Positions 44,556 to 53,409 of a stretch of 64,000 nt of DNA are shown here, piece after piece. Under the pieces are notes generated by a model, which saw only the letters and a list, made by a program, of their open reading frames with translations, was not told where the DNA came from and ran no database searches. The position numbers and the translations under genes were made by a program. This DNA comes from an uncultured Chitinophagales bacterium (GTDB taxonomy: Bacteria > Bacteroidota > Bacteroidia > Chitinophagales > JADIYW01). The DNA lies in assembly GCA_964490845.1 (NCBI GenBank), contig CAZBED010000002.1:214827-278826 (forward strand), written 5' to 3'. Position 1 is the first letter of the stretch, and each line of letters opens with the position of its first letter.

Positions 44556-45326
44556 TTATGCCAGTTCTTCTTCAGATATCATTACTGCGCTGTCGTCTAC
44601 GCCGGAGATAATTCTGCCGCAGTGCTCACAGGTATTGATTTTTTTCTTTTTACGGATTTCAGATTGTGTCTGAGCAGGAATAAAACCGAAACATCCTCCG
44701 CATGCATTTCTGCTTACTTTCACCACAGCCAGGCCATTCTTGTAAGATTTACGGATACGGGTGAAAGCCTGCAGAAATCTGTCTTCCACTTCTTCTTCCA
44801 TTTCTTTGGCTTTAGCGGTCAGTTCCTTTTCTTCTTTCTCGGTATCTTGGATGATGTTGTCGAGTTCCTTCTTCTTGATTTCTAAATCTTTCTCTTTGCT
44901 GTCCAGACGTTTTTGGATTTCAGCAATTTGCTTCTTATGATTTTCAATGGTGAAGTTGGCCTCTTTGATTTTCTTTTCCGCCAACTGGATTTCCAGTTTT
45001 TGTAATTCGATTTCTTTGTTTAATGCATCGAACTCACGGTTGTTTTTTACGTTATGCAACTGTTTGTCATATTTTGTAATCAAACTTTGTGCTTCTTTCA
45101 TCAGCGTTTTGCGGTGTTCAATCTCTTCCTGCGCTTCGTCTACTTCAGCCTGTACTTTTGCAATACGTTTCTGGGTGCCTGCGATTTCATCCTCCAGGTC
45201 TGCCACTTCAATCGGTAATTCGCCTTTTAAAATATGTATCGCATCAATCTTAGAGTGGATAGCCTGTAATGACTCTAACTGCTCTAATTTGTCTTCGACG
45301 GTGGTCAATTCTTTCTTTCTTGCCAT
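44556..45326 (-). CDS. Coiled-coil protein with C-terminal C4 zinc ribbon (COG1579-like, NIF3-associated)
   Basis: 256 aa with a long heptad-like, E/K-rich region. The C-terminus reads CGGCFGFIP...CEHCGRII. Its start overlaps the NIF3 stop (TAATG). Confidence 0.75.
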   Translation of the reverse strand: MARKKELTTVEDKLEQLESLQAIHSKIDAIHILKGELPIEVADLEDEIAGTQKRIAKVQAEVDEAQEEIEHRKTLMKEAQSLITKYDKQLHNVKNNREFDALNKEIELQKLEIQLAEKKIKEANFTIENHKKQIAEIQKRLDSKEKDLEIKKKELDNIIQDTEKEEKELTAKAKEMEEEVEDRFLQAFTRIRKSYKNGLAVVKVSRNACGGCFGFIPAQTQSEIRKKKKINTCEHCGRIISGVDDSAVMISEEELA

Positions 45327-46420
45327 TATCTGTAATTTATTGGATTAGTGTTGATTGCTGAAATTTGAACGGCAAAAGTAGGGAATTTTTCCGATATTAT
45401 CTTGTTAAATAGTTGTGAAGTAAACTGTTCACTCTCGTAGTGCCCAATGTCAGCTATAATTATCTGATTATCAGCATCAAAAAACTGATGATACTTAAAA
45501 TCTCCCGTGATGAATATATCTGCCTGCTGAGCGATGGCTTTCGGAAGCAAAAAACTGCCTGAACCGCCGCAAAGGGCCACCCGCCGGATTTTTCTGCCTG
45601 TCAAAGCCGTATGTCGGATGCAGCCCGTTTTCATTTTCCTTTTTACTAAATCCAGAAATTTTGATTCATCCGCCGGTCTGGCTAGGTCACCAATCATACC
45701 GGAACCCACTTCCTGGTTGGCATTGTCCAAAGTCATGACTTCATAAGCAATTTCTTCATAGGGATGGATTTCACGAAGAGCAGCCAAAATTTTTCCTTCC
45801 AGAAAATCCGGAAAGATAACCTCAATTTTATCCTCTTTCCCGCTATGCCGTTTGTTTGGCTTACCGATAACCGGGTTGGAGAATTCATTTCCTTTAAAGG
45901 TTCCGTTTCCGGCCACCCTGAAACTACATTCGCTGTAGTTGCCAATCTTCCCCCCGCCTGCGGCAAATAATCCGTTTAATATGTTTTCCGTAGCCGATAC
46001 CGGTGTGTAGGTATATAGTTTTTTCAGTATGCCTTTCTTAGGGTCAAGTATTCTGCGATGAATAAGGCCTAATTTGTCCGCAATTACGTGATTAACGCCC
46101 TGATGGACATTGTCCAGATTGGTATGGCAGGCATAAATAGAAATATCATGCTTAATGGCTTTGATGATGGTACGCTCAATGTAATTTTTACCCGTTATCT
46201 TTTTCAATCCTGAGAAAATAATGGGATGATGTGCCACAACTAAATTATATTTCTTACGAATGGCCTCGTCTATGACCGCTTCGATGGCATCAAGACAAAT
46301 CAGCACACCGGTACATTCTGCCATTTTGTCGCCTATCAGTAACCCCGCATTATCATAGGACTCTTGGTATGATATTGGTGCGTATTCTTCAATAGTCTGA
46401 ATAATATCTGCTATTTTCAT
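45326..46420 (-). CDS. Nif3-like dinuclear metal centre protein (GTP cyclohydrolase 1 type 2 family)
   Basis: 364 aa. MKIADIIQTIEEYAPISYQESYDNAGLLIGD..., VVAHHPIIFSGLKK and ADIGHYESE are typical NIF3/YbgI blocks. A central inserted domain is present. Confidence 0.85.
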   Translation of the reverse strand: MKIADIIQTIEEYAPISYQESYDNAGLLIGDKMAECTGVLICLDAIEAVIDEAIRKKYNLVVAHHPIIFSGLKKITGKNYIERTIIKAIKHDISIYACHTNLDNVHQGVNHVIADKLGLIHRRILDPKKGILKKLYTYTPVSATENILNGLFAAGGGKIGNYSECSFRVAGNGTFKGNEFSNPVIGKPNKRHSGKEDKIEVIFPDFLEGKILAALREIHPYEEIAYEVMTLDNANQEVGSGMIGDLARPADESKFLDLVKRKMKTGCIRHTALTGRKIRRVALCGGSGSFLLPKAIAQQADIFITGDFKYHQFFDADNQIIIADIGHYESEQFTSQLFNKIISEKFPTFAVQISAINTNPINYR

Positions 46421-47541
46421 TGGTTAATTTTAATTCTGGTTTGAGTATACTTACAAAAATACTATTATTTCCTTTCGCAATCCTATATGGTTTTGTCATT
46501 TGGTTGCGTAACTGGATGTATAAGACCAATTTTATTGGCTCTACAGATTTTGAAATTCCCGTAATCACCATTGGCAACCTCAGTATGGGCGGCACAGGCA
46601 AAACACCTATGGCGGAGCTGTTAATAGAAATTCTGAGAGGTCAATATCCGGTCGCAGTGCTTAGCAGAGGATACAAACGCAAGACATCTGGATACCTGTC
46701 TGTAAAACGGACACATACAACAAAAGAAGTAGGGGATGAACCGCTGATGTTGAAATTAAAATATCCTGATGTGCAAGTGAGCGTAGGCGAACAACGCGTA
46801 TTTGCCATTCCGCGTTTATTGGCAGAGCATCCCGGAATAAAAGTGATTTTACTCGATGACGCTTTTCAGCATCAGAGTGTACGGCCGGATATCAATATTC
46901 TGCTGACTACTTTTTCCAAACCATTCTATGATGACCGGATTCTGCCATTAGGTACCCTGAGAGAGTTTTCATACGGTAAAGAACGGGCGAATATAATAGT
47001 TGTTACCAAATGTCCTGAAAATTTGAGCGAACAGCAGCAGCAGGAAATTATCCAAAAAATAAAACCGGCTGCCGGACAAAGGATTTTTTTCAGCAGCATA
47101 GAATACGGTATGCCTTATAATATTTTACAACCCGAAGACAGATTGATTCCTGATATAAAAGAAGAGGTATTGCTAATAACCGGCATTGCTAATCCGGCGC
47201 CATTGAAGACGTATCTGGAAGGCAAATCAGGCGGGGTGATACACTTTGAATTTGAAGATCATTATCATTTTGAAGAATATGAGCTGGAGCGTATTCATAA
47301 GAATTATCCCGGCTTTACCAGATGGGTGACAACAGAGAAGGATGGAGTGCGGCTGGCGGCACACCGAAATTGGCTCATGGCTAACGGGATTTCGTTGTAT
47401 TGTATCCCTATCCGAACAAAAATGACAGGAAAAAACGCAGGGGAGTTTGCAGCGGCGGTAAGCGGGTATCTAAATTATTTTTACAAGGAGGAACATGCGG
47501 ATGTACAAATACGGGAAGAGCATAGAGAAGATACGGAGTGA
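46420..47541 (+). CDS. lpxK: Tetraacyldisaccharide 4'-kinase LpxK (non-ATG start; exact start uncertain: TTG 46420 or TTG 46441)
   Basis: The P-loop VITIGNLSMGGTGKTP is preceded by the conserved hydrophobic N-terminal segment ILLFPFAILYGFVIWLRN. DDAFQH is also present. No in-frame ATG exists upstream of that segment, and an in-frame stop lies at 46402-46404. Confidence 0.85.
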   Translation: MVNFNSGLSILTKILLFPFAILYGFVIWLRNWMYKTNFIGSTDFEIPVITIGNLSMGGTGKTPMAELLIEILRGQYPVAVLSRGYKRKTSGYLSVKRTHTTKEVGDEPLMLKLKYPDVQVSVGEQRVFAIPRLLAEHPGIKVILLDDAFQHQSVRPDINILLTTFSKPFYDDRILPLGTLREFSYGKERANIIVVTKCPENLSEQQQQEIIQKIKPAAGQRIFFSSIEYGMPYNILQPEDRLIPDIKEEVLLITGIANPAPLKTYLEGKSGGVIHFEFEDHYHFEEYELERIHKNYPGFTRWVTTEKDGVRLAAHRNWLMANGISLYCIPIRTKMTGKNAGEFAAAVSGYLNYFYKEEHADVQIREEHREDTE

Positions 47542-47619
47542 TAATAGCGTATTAAATTAGGTTAATATTCTGAGGAACAGTTGCAGAATCATTAAATTAC
47601 AACAAGTTTTATAAACCTA

Positions 47620-47627
47620 TATTTTTG
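47620..47627 (+). promoter_or_regulatory. Bacteroidota -7-like promoter motif TATTTTTG
   Basis: Matches TAnnTTTG and ends 13 nt before ATG 47640. Confidence 0.3.
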
Positions 47628-47639
47628 TAAATACCTTTC

Positions 47640-48017
47640 ATGACCAAAGCTGTAAAGAATAGTGTTATCTTTTGGACCATTGCGCTGATACTGGTTCATG
47701 GGATTTTTGTTCATGAGCATGCTTCGGCCGGAACAAATACTAAAAAGATTGCTTCCGCCTACAGTACATCTTCCGGTGGTTTTCTATATACCGTTTTATC
47801 CGTTAACCCCGGTACAGAGCATTTCAATAATATATTTGTCAGACTGGAAAATACGCAGAATAAGCACACCCTTTTCCTTCTATCTTTTATTTTACAGCTG
47901 CTCACATCTTTGATGGCGGTTGTTGTCATCTTTTCAGCGAAAAGATATACCCATACTCCGGCATTAATACTCCGGTATCCCTTCCCGGCAAATAATAAAA
48001 GAGGGCCGCCCCGATAA
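47640..48017 (+). CDS. Hypothetical small membrane protein
   Basis: 125 aa with two hydrophobic segments (VIFWTIALILVHGIFV; LFLLSFILQLLTSLMAVVVIF). A promoter-like motif lies upstream. No family was recognised. Confidence 0.4.
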   Translation: MTKAVKNSVIFWTIALILVHGIFVHEHASAGTNTKKIASAYSTSSGGFLYTVLSVNPGTEHFNNIFVRLENTQNKHTLFLLSFILQLLTSLMAVVVIFSAKRYTHTPALILRYPFPANNKRGPPR

Positions 48018-48067
48018 TCAGTTTTTGATTTGATTTTATTTATTTTCTAATCCTTAATTTATATTTT

Positions 48068-48583
48068 ATGAATACTGCACATTTGCATTTATTGCTTAAC
48101 CATATACCTGTCTTAGGAGCATTTTTCGGAACTGTACTGCTGTCCGTTGGGCTTGTAAAGAAGGACAATATTATTCTTACTGTTTCATTATGGACATTCC
48201 TCATTGTAGCTGTTGCCTCTTCGGGGGCATTCTTCACCGGAGAAGGTGCTGAAGAAATTGTAGAAAACACAGCAGGAGTTAATGAATCTATGATAGAGGC
48301 ACACGAAGAAGCTTCTGCTGTTGCCTTTTACACCATGATTGTTTTAGGCGTATTGAGTGCATTGATACTGCTGATTAACACAAAGAAAGATGTCATCATT
48401 AAATCTTCGTTCGGAGTCTTACTGGTAGCTGTTTTGGTGAATGGGTTGATGTTTAGATCCGGTTGGCTTGGCGGAAAAATTAAGCATGATGAGATAAGAG
48501 GAACGGTAGCATCAGCCCCGGCATCTGAGAACAATACAGAGACAGGAGGCGCTGAGAGCGAACAGGAAAAGGATGATGATTGA
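48068..48583 (+). CDS. Hypothetical multi-TM membrane protein with acidic C-terminal tail
   Basis: 171 aa. MNTAHLHLLLNHIPVLGAFFG... begins about four TM helices. The tail reads ...ETGGAESEQEKDDD. A strong terminator follows. Confidence 0.55.
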   Translation: MNTAHLHLLLNHIPVLGAFFGTVLLSVGLVKKDNIILTVSLWTFLIVAVASSGAFFTGEGAEEIVENTAGVNESMIEAHEEASAVAFYTMIVLGVLSALILLINTKKDVIIKSSFGVLLVAVLVNGLMFRSGWLGGKIKHDEIRGTVASAPASENNTETGGAESEQEKDDD

Positions 48584-48594
48584 TAGAAGCGTAA

Positions 48595-48626
48595 TAAAAA
48601 AGCCCGGCATTCGCCGGGCTTTTTTA
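48595..48626. terminator. Bidirectional rho-independent terminator
   Basis: AGCCCGGC (48601-48608) pairs with GCCGGGCT (48613-48620) around the loop ATTC. An A-run (48596-48600) and a T-run (48621-48625) flank it. It sits between the convergent stops at 48583 and 48644. Confidence 0.85.
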
Positions 48627-48643
48627 TTACGAAAAACCGAATG

Positions 48644-51025
48644 TTATTTCATAATCAGGTTAAACTCTACACGTCTGTTTTGTGCTCTTCCGGCAGCGGT
48701 TTTATTATCGCCAATCGGTTTGGAGTCACCAAATCCTGAAGAAGTCATTCTGGAAGCTTCAACGCCTTGTTTTACTAAATAATCCAAAGCAGCTTTCGAT
48801 CTTCCCTGAGAAAGTTTTAAGTTGCTTTCGGGTTTGCCTACATTGTCGGTATGGCCTTCGATGCTGACATCATAGTAGCTGTATTCTTTCAGCATTTTAG
48901 CCACTTCATTCAGGATAGGATACGAAACAGGTTTGATAATAGCCTTTCCTGTTTCGAATTGTATGCTGCGCGCTTTCAGCAAGACTTTCTTGATTTTTTC
49001 ATCCTGTACCGGACAGCCTTTGTTTTCTTTCGGCCCTTTCACGGTAGGGCAGGCATCATCTTTATCTAAAACACCGTCGCCATCTGTGTCAGGATAAGGG
49101 CATCCGAAGTTTTCTTTAGGTCCGGCTTCTGTGACACATTTATCTTCATTGTCATACAATCCATCGCCATCTGTATCCGGACAACCTGCATGGTTTTTAT
49201 CTCCAGCCACATCCGGGCAGGCATCCTCCGAATCTATTACGCCATCATTGTCTCTGTCCGGGCATCCCTGTAATTCCTTTTTACCCGGAGTATCAGGGCA
49301 ACTATCGTCTTTGTCCGCAACGCCGTCACCGTCTCTGTCCGGACAGCCTTTCAGCTCTCTTGGGCCGGCCTGATTAGGGCAGTCATCTTCCATATCAATA
49401 ATACCGTCGCCATCTGCATCCGGACAACCCTGCAGTTCTTTTTTGCCGGGCGTATCCGGGCATTTATCTTCCGTATCCAGAATGCCGTCACCGTCTCTGT
49501 CCGGGCATCCATTGGACTCACACGTTCCTTTCTGATTAGGGCATAAGTCTTTTTTATTCGATACTCCATCTTTGTCCTTATCCTTCGCTGTTTTTCTGTT
49601 TGGAACGGTTATTCTTAAACCTGCCTGAACATTGATGTCTCTCTTGTCTTTTTTAATGAGGTAGGTAAAGAAGTCCTGAGAACCAATATAGAATGGCCCT
49701 AAGCGTAATCCCATGCCCCATTGCACATTTCCTAACTGGTCAACCGCTACCGGCAAGTAAGCGCCGAACCATTTGTAATCATACCTTGGGGTAATGGATA
49801 CTATCGATAAGTGATGGACATTGTTTTTCTTTTGCGGTATCGGATTGATTTGAGCGGCCACATTGATGCCAATGCCTTTATAGAGATTTAAATCAATCCA
49901 GGTATTAATGGTGGTCGGCAGCCATATTTTAAATGTTCTCTGGTCAGTAGCTGATTTGGTTCCCAGATTCCGCCAGTTCTCGAACAGTGTATTTTCATTG
50001 AATAATTCACCTGTTTTAGTAAGATTGACATCATAATCAAACACCGAGTCCGATTTTGTAAAGGAGAGGCGTCCGATATTGATGACGGAAAATCCCACCT
50101 GCACAAAGTGTTTGTCTCTTTCGTTGTAATACATGTCTTTGCAGTCCATGTTGTATTTGTACTTGTCTTTATCTTTTCTGAATTCGTATACCAAGGCTAT
50201 ATCCCCGGCAGCCGACCATTTGGAGACTTTGCTGTCAATGAAACCCTTTAATAATCCCATGGCATCAAAATCATTATCCGGTAAGAAGTATTCCAGATTT
50301 TTGGTTGCACCTACTTTCATGTCAGCATTTAATAACGTAATGGTATCTTTGCTGTCAAAGCGGTAGTCAAACTGATTAGCGTAGGCGTATAAAGCACCCA
50401 GTCCTTTCACTACTTTAATGGTAGCACCGACTTTCAGGAAGTGCTTGTCTTTATCTAATACAACACGGGAATAGGTAACTCCTATATCAGCCCAAGCCAT
50501 TCCTTTGATTCCCATGTTTTTGATCGAATGATCCTTACCTAAGAAATTTCCGATGACATCAAATGCACGGTCACCCCAGCCCCAGCGCAGGTTTCTTGCC
50601 AGATCCTGCTCCAGATTATCTACATTCACGATAGTATTCAGATGCGATGAGAATGCAATTGCGTTATTGTTTTTCATATTCTTGCCAAAAGAAACCAGGA
50701 AGGAAAATGGCAATTGTACCGTATTGCTGATATATGCAAATTTCGCTTTGCCATTCAGGTTTTCGGAGAGGTTGACCGAGTCATCGAAATTGCTGAAATT
50801 AAAAGTCTTGCCTTTCAGGCCTATATAGTTGTTACTGACCGTTGCATCAACGGCGAAGAGATTGATGTCGACTTTAAACCGATTGTCTGCAATGGCAGGG
50901 TTGAAGTTGACATTGTTTACTCCGCCAAAATTACTGGCACGCAGGCCCAGAAACTGGGCTTTAACGGATGTCATGCATATCACTGCTGCAAGCAGGAATA
51001 TGATTCTTTTGTTCAGATGTATCAT
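48644..51025 (-). CDS. OmpA-family outer-membrane protein: N-terminal beta-barrel-like domain, ~7 thrombospondin type-3 (Ca-binding) repeats and a C-terminal OmpA peptidoglycan-binding domain
   Basis: Signal peptide MIHLNKRIIFLLAAVICMTSVKAQ (ATG at complement 51023-51025). Repeats of the form CPD.DGDG..D..D.CP are present. The C-terminal block IQFETGKA...IEGHTDNVG...NLKLSQGRSKA...NRRVEF is an OmpA-like domain. Confidence 0.85.
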   Translation of the reverse strand: MIHLNKRIIFLLAAVICMTSVKAQFLGLRASNFGGVNNVNFNPAIADNRFKVDINLFAVDATVSNNYIGLKGKTFNFSNFDDSVNLSENLNGKAKFAYISNTVQLPFSFLVSFGKNMKNNNAIAFSSHLNTIVNVDNLEQDLARNLRWGWGDRAFDVIGNFLGKDHSIKNMGIKGMAWADIGVTYSRVVLDKDKHFLKVGATIKVVKGLGALYAYANQFDYRFDSKDTITLLNADMKVGATKNLEYFLPDNDFDAMGLLKGFIDSKVSKWSAAGDIALVYEFRKDKDKYKYNMDCKDMYYNERDKHFVQVGFSVINIGRLSFTKSDSVFDYDVNLTKTGELFNENTLFENWRNLGTKSATDQRTFKIWLPTTINTWIDLNLYKGIGINVAAQINPIPQKKNNVHHLSIVSITPRYDYKWFGAYLPVAVDQLGNVQWGMGLRLGPFYIGSQDFFTYLIKKDKRDINVQAGLRITVPNRKTAKDKDKDGVSNKKDLCPNQKGTCESNGCPDRDGDGILDTEDKCPDTPGKKELQGCPDADGDGIIDMEDDCPNQAGPRELKGCPDRDGDGVADKDDSCPDTPGKKELQGCPDRDNDGVIDSEDACPDVAGDKNHAGCPDTDGDGLYDNEDKCVTEAGPKENFGCPYPDTDGDGVLDKDDACPTVKGPKENKGCPVQDEKIKKVLLKARSIQFETGKAIIKPVSYPILNEVAKMLKEYSYYDVSIEGHTDNVGKPESNLKLSQGRSKAALDYLVKQGVEASRMTSSGFGDSKPIGDNKTAAGRAQNRRVEFNLIMK
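49000..49590 (-). repeat. Coding tandem repeats (TSP type-3-like D-x-D-x-D-G calcium-binding units)
   Basis: The protein segment runs DKDKDGVSNKKDLCPNQ...CPDRDGDGILDTEDKCPDTPG...CPDADGDGIIDMEDDCPNQAG...CPDRDGDGVADKDDSCPDTPG...CPDRDNDGVIDSEDACPDVAG...CPDTDGDGLYDNEDKC...YPDTDGDGVLDKDDACPTVKG. Confidence 0.8.
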
Positions 51026-51246
51026 AGTTTCAAATTTTAGTGTGGTATATACTTGTTTGTAACGTTCCATATAAGTAAAAATTATATTATGGTTGCGTTC
51101 AACAAAATTATAGTTTTTCCATTAAAAAAAGCAGAAAAGTTGAAATTAATGCAGTATATTTGTAGGGCTTCGTAAACACTTAATGAAAAGCATCTTTTTA
51201 GTGTCTTACTGAAATAATAAATAGCACAAAAATTTATAGCCTGAAA

Positions 51247-51266
51247 GTGATGATTTAAATAATCAC
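51247..51266. promoter_or_regulatory. 20-nt near-perfect palindrome upstream of the DUF4290-murA operon
   Basis: GTGATGATTTAAATAATCAC forms 9 of 10 symmetric pairs and lies 53-72 nt upstream of ATG 51319. Confidence 0.25.
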
Positions 51267-51318
51267 AGCAAAGAATGATTTTTTCAGGAGGAAACTTCAA
51301 TAAAATAAATTTACAGTA

Positions 51319-52008
51319 ATGAATTACAATACAGACAGAAATGAGATTGAAATGCGTGAATACGGCCGTCACGTACAAAAAATGGTTGATTATGCCGTTT
51401 CCATTTCCAACCGTGCAGAACGACAGAAAGTAGCCGAAAATATTGTTCAACTGATGGGGATTCTGAATCCGCAATTGCGAAATGCAGCGGATTACAAACA
51501 TAAGCTTTGGGATCACATATTTATCATTTCCAAGTTTCAGTTAGATGTAGATTCTCCCTATCCGATTCCGACGGAGGCAACCGCGAGAATTAAACCTTCG
51601 GAATTGCCCTATCCGCAACAAAGAATAAAACTGAAACATTACGGTAAAAATGTGGAAGCGCTGGTGGCGAAAGCGAAGGCCATGGAAGATGAAGGTAAAA
51701 AAGAAATCTTCACCGAAATTATCGGCAATTTCATGAAGATGGCTTACAAGAACTGGAGCAATGAGGAAGTGAGCAATGAATTGATTAAAGAAGACATGAA
51801 ATCACTTTCCGGCGGTGAACTGGAAATCAGTGAAGATATGAATATTGAGAGCATGTCCCGAAACCAGCCGAAACAACGCAAGTTTACACCCAACAATAAA
51901 CCGGGTAATTTTCAGAATCGCAATCAGAATCGCAATCAGAACCGCAACAACAACAATCGGAATAATCAGAACCGCAACAATAATAACCGCAATCGTTTCA
52001 GCAAATAA
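51319..52008 (+). CDS. DUF4290-family protein with Asn/Arg-rich low-complexity C-terminus
   Basis: MNYNTDRNEIEMREYGRHVQKMVDYAVSI..R.ERQK.AE.IV.LMG.LNP.LR...DYKHKLWDH matches the DUF4290 consensus as I recall it. The gene is directly upstream of murA, as is common in Bacteroidota. The tail reads NFQNRNQNRNQNRNNNNRNNQNRNNNNRNRFSK. Confidence 0.7.
   Translation: MNYNTDRNEIEMREYGRHVQKMVDYAVSISNRAERQKVAENIVQLMGILNPQLRNAADYKHKLWDHIFIISKFQLDVDSPYPIPTEATARIKPSELPYPQQRIKLKHYGKNVEALVAKAKAMEDEGKKEIFTEIIGNFMKMAYKNWSNEEVSNELIKEDMKSLSGGELEISEDMNIESMSRNQPKQRKFTPNNKPGNFQNRNQNRNQNRNNNNRNNQNRNNNNRNRFSK
51913..51995 (+). repeat. Short imperfect tandem repeats (CAGAATCGCAAT-type) encoding the N/R-rich tail
   Basis: CAGAATCGCAATCAGAATCGCAATCAGAACCGCAACAACAACAATCGGAATAATCAGAACCGCAACAATAATAACCGCAATCG. 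Confidence 0.7.
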
Positions 52009-52022
52009 AAACGGGAATAAAT

Positions 52023-53333
52023 ATGCAAGCAGATGCGTTTGAGGTAAATGGCGGAAAATCATTAAGCGGCACCATCACACCTCAGGGTGCCAAAAATGAA
52101 GCATTGCAAATACTGTCGGCTGTTTTGTTGTCCGATGAAGATATTACCATATCCAATATTCCCCATATTTTAGATGTCAACGTGCTGATTGAACTCTTGC
52201 AGGAGATGGGCGTGCAGGTGACTAAACAAAATGCGGATACCTATACTTTTAATGCAAAAAATGTTGACCCGGATATTCTGCTGACAGAAAATTTTAAGAA
52301 GAGAGCGGGCCATTTACGCGGTTCTGTCATGATTTTAGGACCATTACTGGCTCGTTTTAAACGAGCCTACTTGCCTACTCCGGGTGGCGATAAAATTGGA
52401 CGCAGACGACTGGATACCCACTTTTTAGGGTTTGTGGAGCTGGGGGCAACCTATCATTTTGACAAGGAGAAATCATTTTATTCACTAACGACGGATAAAC
52501 TGATTGGAAAATATATTTTGCTGGAAGAGCCCTCTGTTACAGGAACGGCGAATATAGTAATGGCAGCCGTGCTGGCAGAAGGCGAAACGACCCTCTTCAA
52601 TGCTGCCTGTGAGCCTTATCTCCAGCAATTATGCTCCATGCTCAACAGGATGGGTGCCAAAATAACAGGCATAGGTTCAAATCTCTTGAAAATAAAAGGC
52701 GTCAAAAAACTCGGAGGCACTACCCACCGTTTATTGCCGGATATGATAGAAATTGGCAGTTTTATTGGCCTGGCAGCGATGACTAAGTCCAATATCACCA
52801 TTAAAGATGCACGGGTGGATATGCTCGGGCTGATTCCGACGTATTTTCAGAAGCTGGGCATACAACTGGAATTCGCAGGAGATGATATTGTAGTACATGG
52901 CCGGGAACACTATGAAATCCATACATTTATCGATGGCTCTATCCTGACTATTGCAGACGGCCCCTGGCCGCTTTTTACTCCCGATTTGCTGAGTATTATG
53001 CTGGTGACAGCCACGCAGGCCGATGGAAGTGTGCTGATTCATCAGAAAATGTTTGAAAGCCGCCTGTTTTTTGTCGATAAGCTGATAGATATGGGCGCAA
53101 AAATCATTCTATGCGACCCACACAGGGCAACCGTCATAGGAATTAATCGCGAATATCCTCTCCGGGGAATTAATATGTCCTCGCCCGATATCAGGGCAGG
53201 TGTGGCATTGCTGATTGCTGCCCTTTCTGCCGAAGGCAAGAGCGTAATTTCCAATATCCACCAGATAGACAGAGGGTATCAGTACATCGATGAACGCCTG
53301 CGGAATTTAGGCGCTGATATTAAGAGATTGTAA
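52023..53333 (+). CDS. murA: UDP-N-acetylglucosamine 1-carboxyvinyltransferase MurA
   Basis: 436 aa with MQADAFEVNGGKSLSGTITPQGAKNEALQILSA... and PGGDKIGRRRLDTH. The residue in the catalytic-Cys position appears to be Asp in the PGGDKIG context, as in some MurA enzymes. Confidence 0.92.
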   Translation: MQADAFEVNGGKSLSGTITPQGAKNEALQILSAVLLSDEDITISNIPHILDVNVLIELLQEMGVQVTKQNADTYTFNAKNVDPDILLTENFKKRAGHLRGSVMILGPLLARFKRAYLPTPGGDKIGRRRLDTHFLGFVELGATYHFDKEKSFYSLTTDKLIGKYILLEEPSVTGTANIVMAAVLAEGETTLFNAACEPYLQQLCSMLNRMGAKITGIGSNLLKIKGVKKLGGTTHRLLPDMIEIGSFIGLAAMTKSNITIKDARVDMLGLIPTYFQKLGIQLEFAGDDIVVHGREHYEIHTFIDGSILTIADGPWPLFTPDLLSIMLVTATQADGSVLIHQKMFESRLFFVDKLIDMGAKIILCDPHRATVIGINREYPLRGINMSSPDIRAGVALLIAALSAEGKSVISNIHQIDRGYQYIDERLRNLGADIKRL

Positions 53334-53400
53334 CCTGTTTTAGGGGTTGTTTTACGGTACCCTTATTTTCGTTGAAAACGTTATGTTTTATTAACCTAAA

Positions 53401-53409
53401 TGTGGATAA
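53401..53409. promoter_or_regulatory. Single perfect DnaA-box consensus (TGTGGATAA = complement of TTATCCACA) upstream of gyrB
   Basis: An exact 9-mer lies 124 nt upstream of the gyrB ATG. It is embedded in the short inverted repeat TGGATAAACATCCA. Confidence 0.35.

Noticed and set aside
44556-46420. NIF3 plus Zn-ribbon coiled-coil pair as a novel module
   Set aside because: This is a widely conserved gene pair known from many bacteria. Only the start-codon geometry with lpxK seemed worth reporting.
51082-51516. 144-aa minus-strand ORF across the OmpA/DUF4290 intergenic region
   Set aside because: It runs through an AT-rich promoter region and overlaps the DUF4290 start on the opposite strand. 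Its translation is Ile/Phe/Asn-rich, as expected from AT-rich non-coding DNA.
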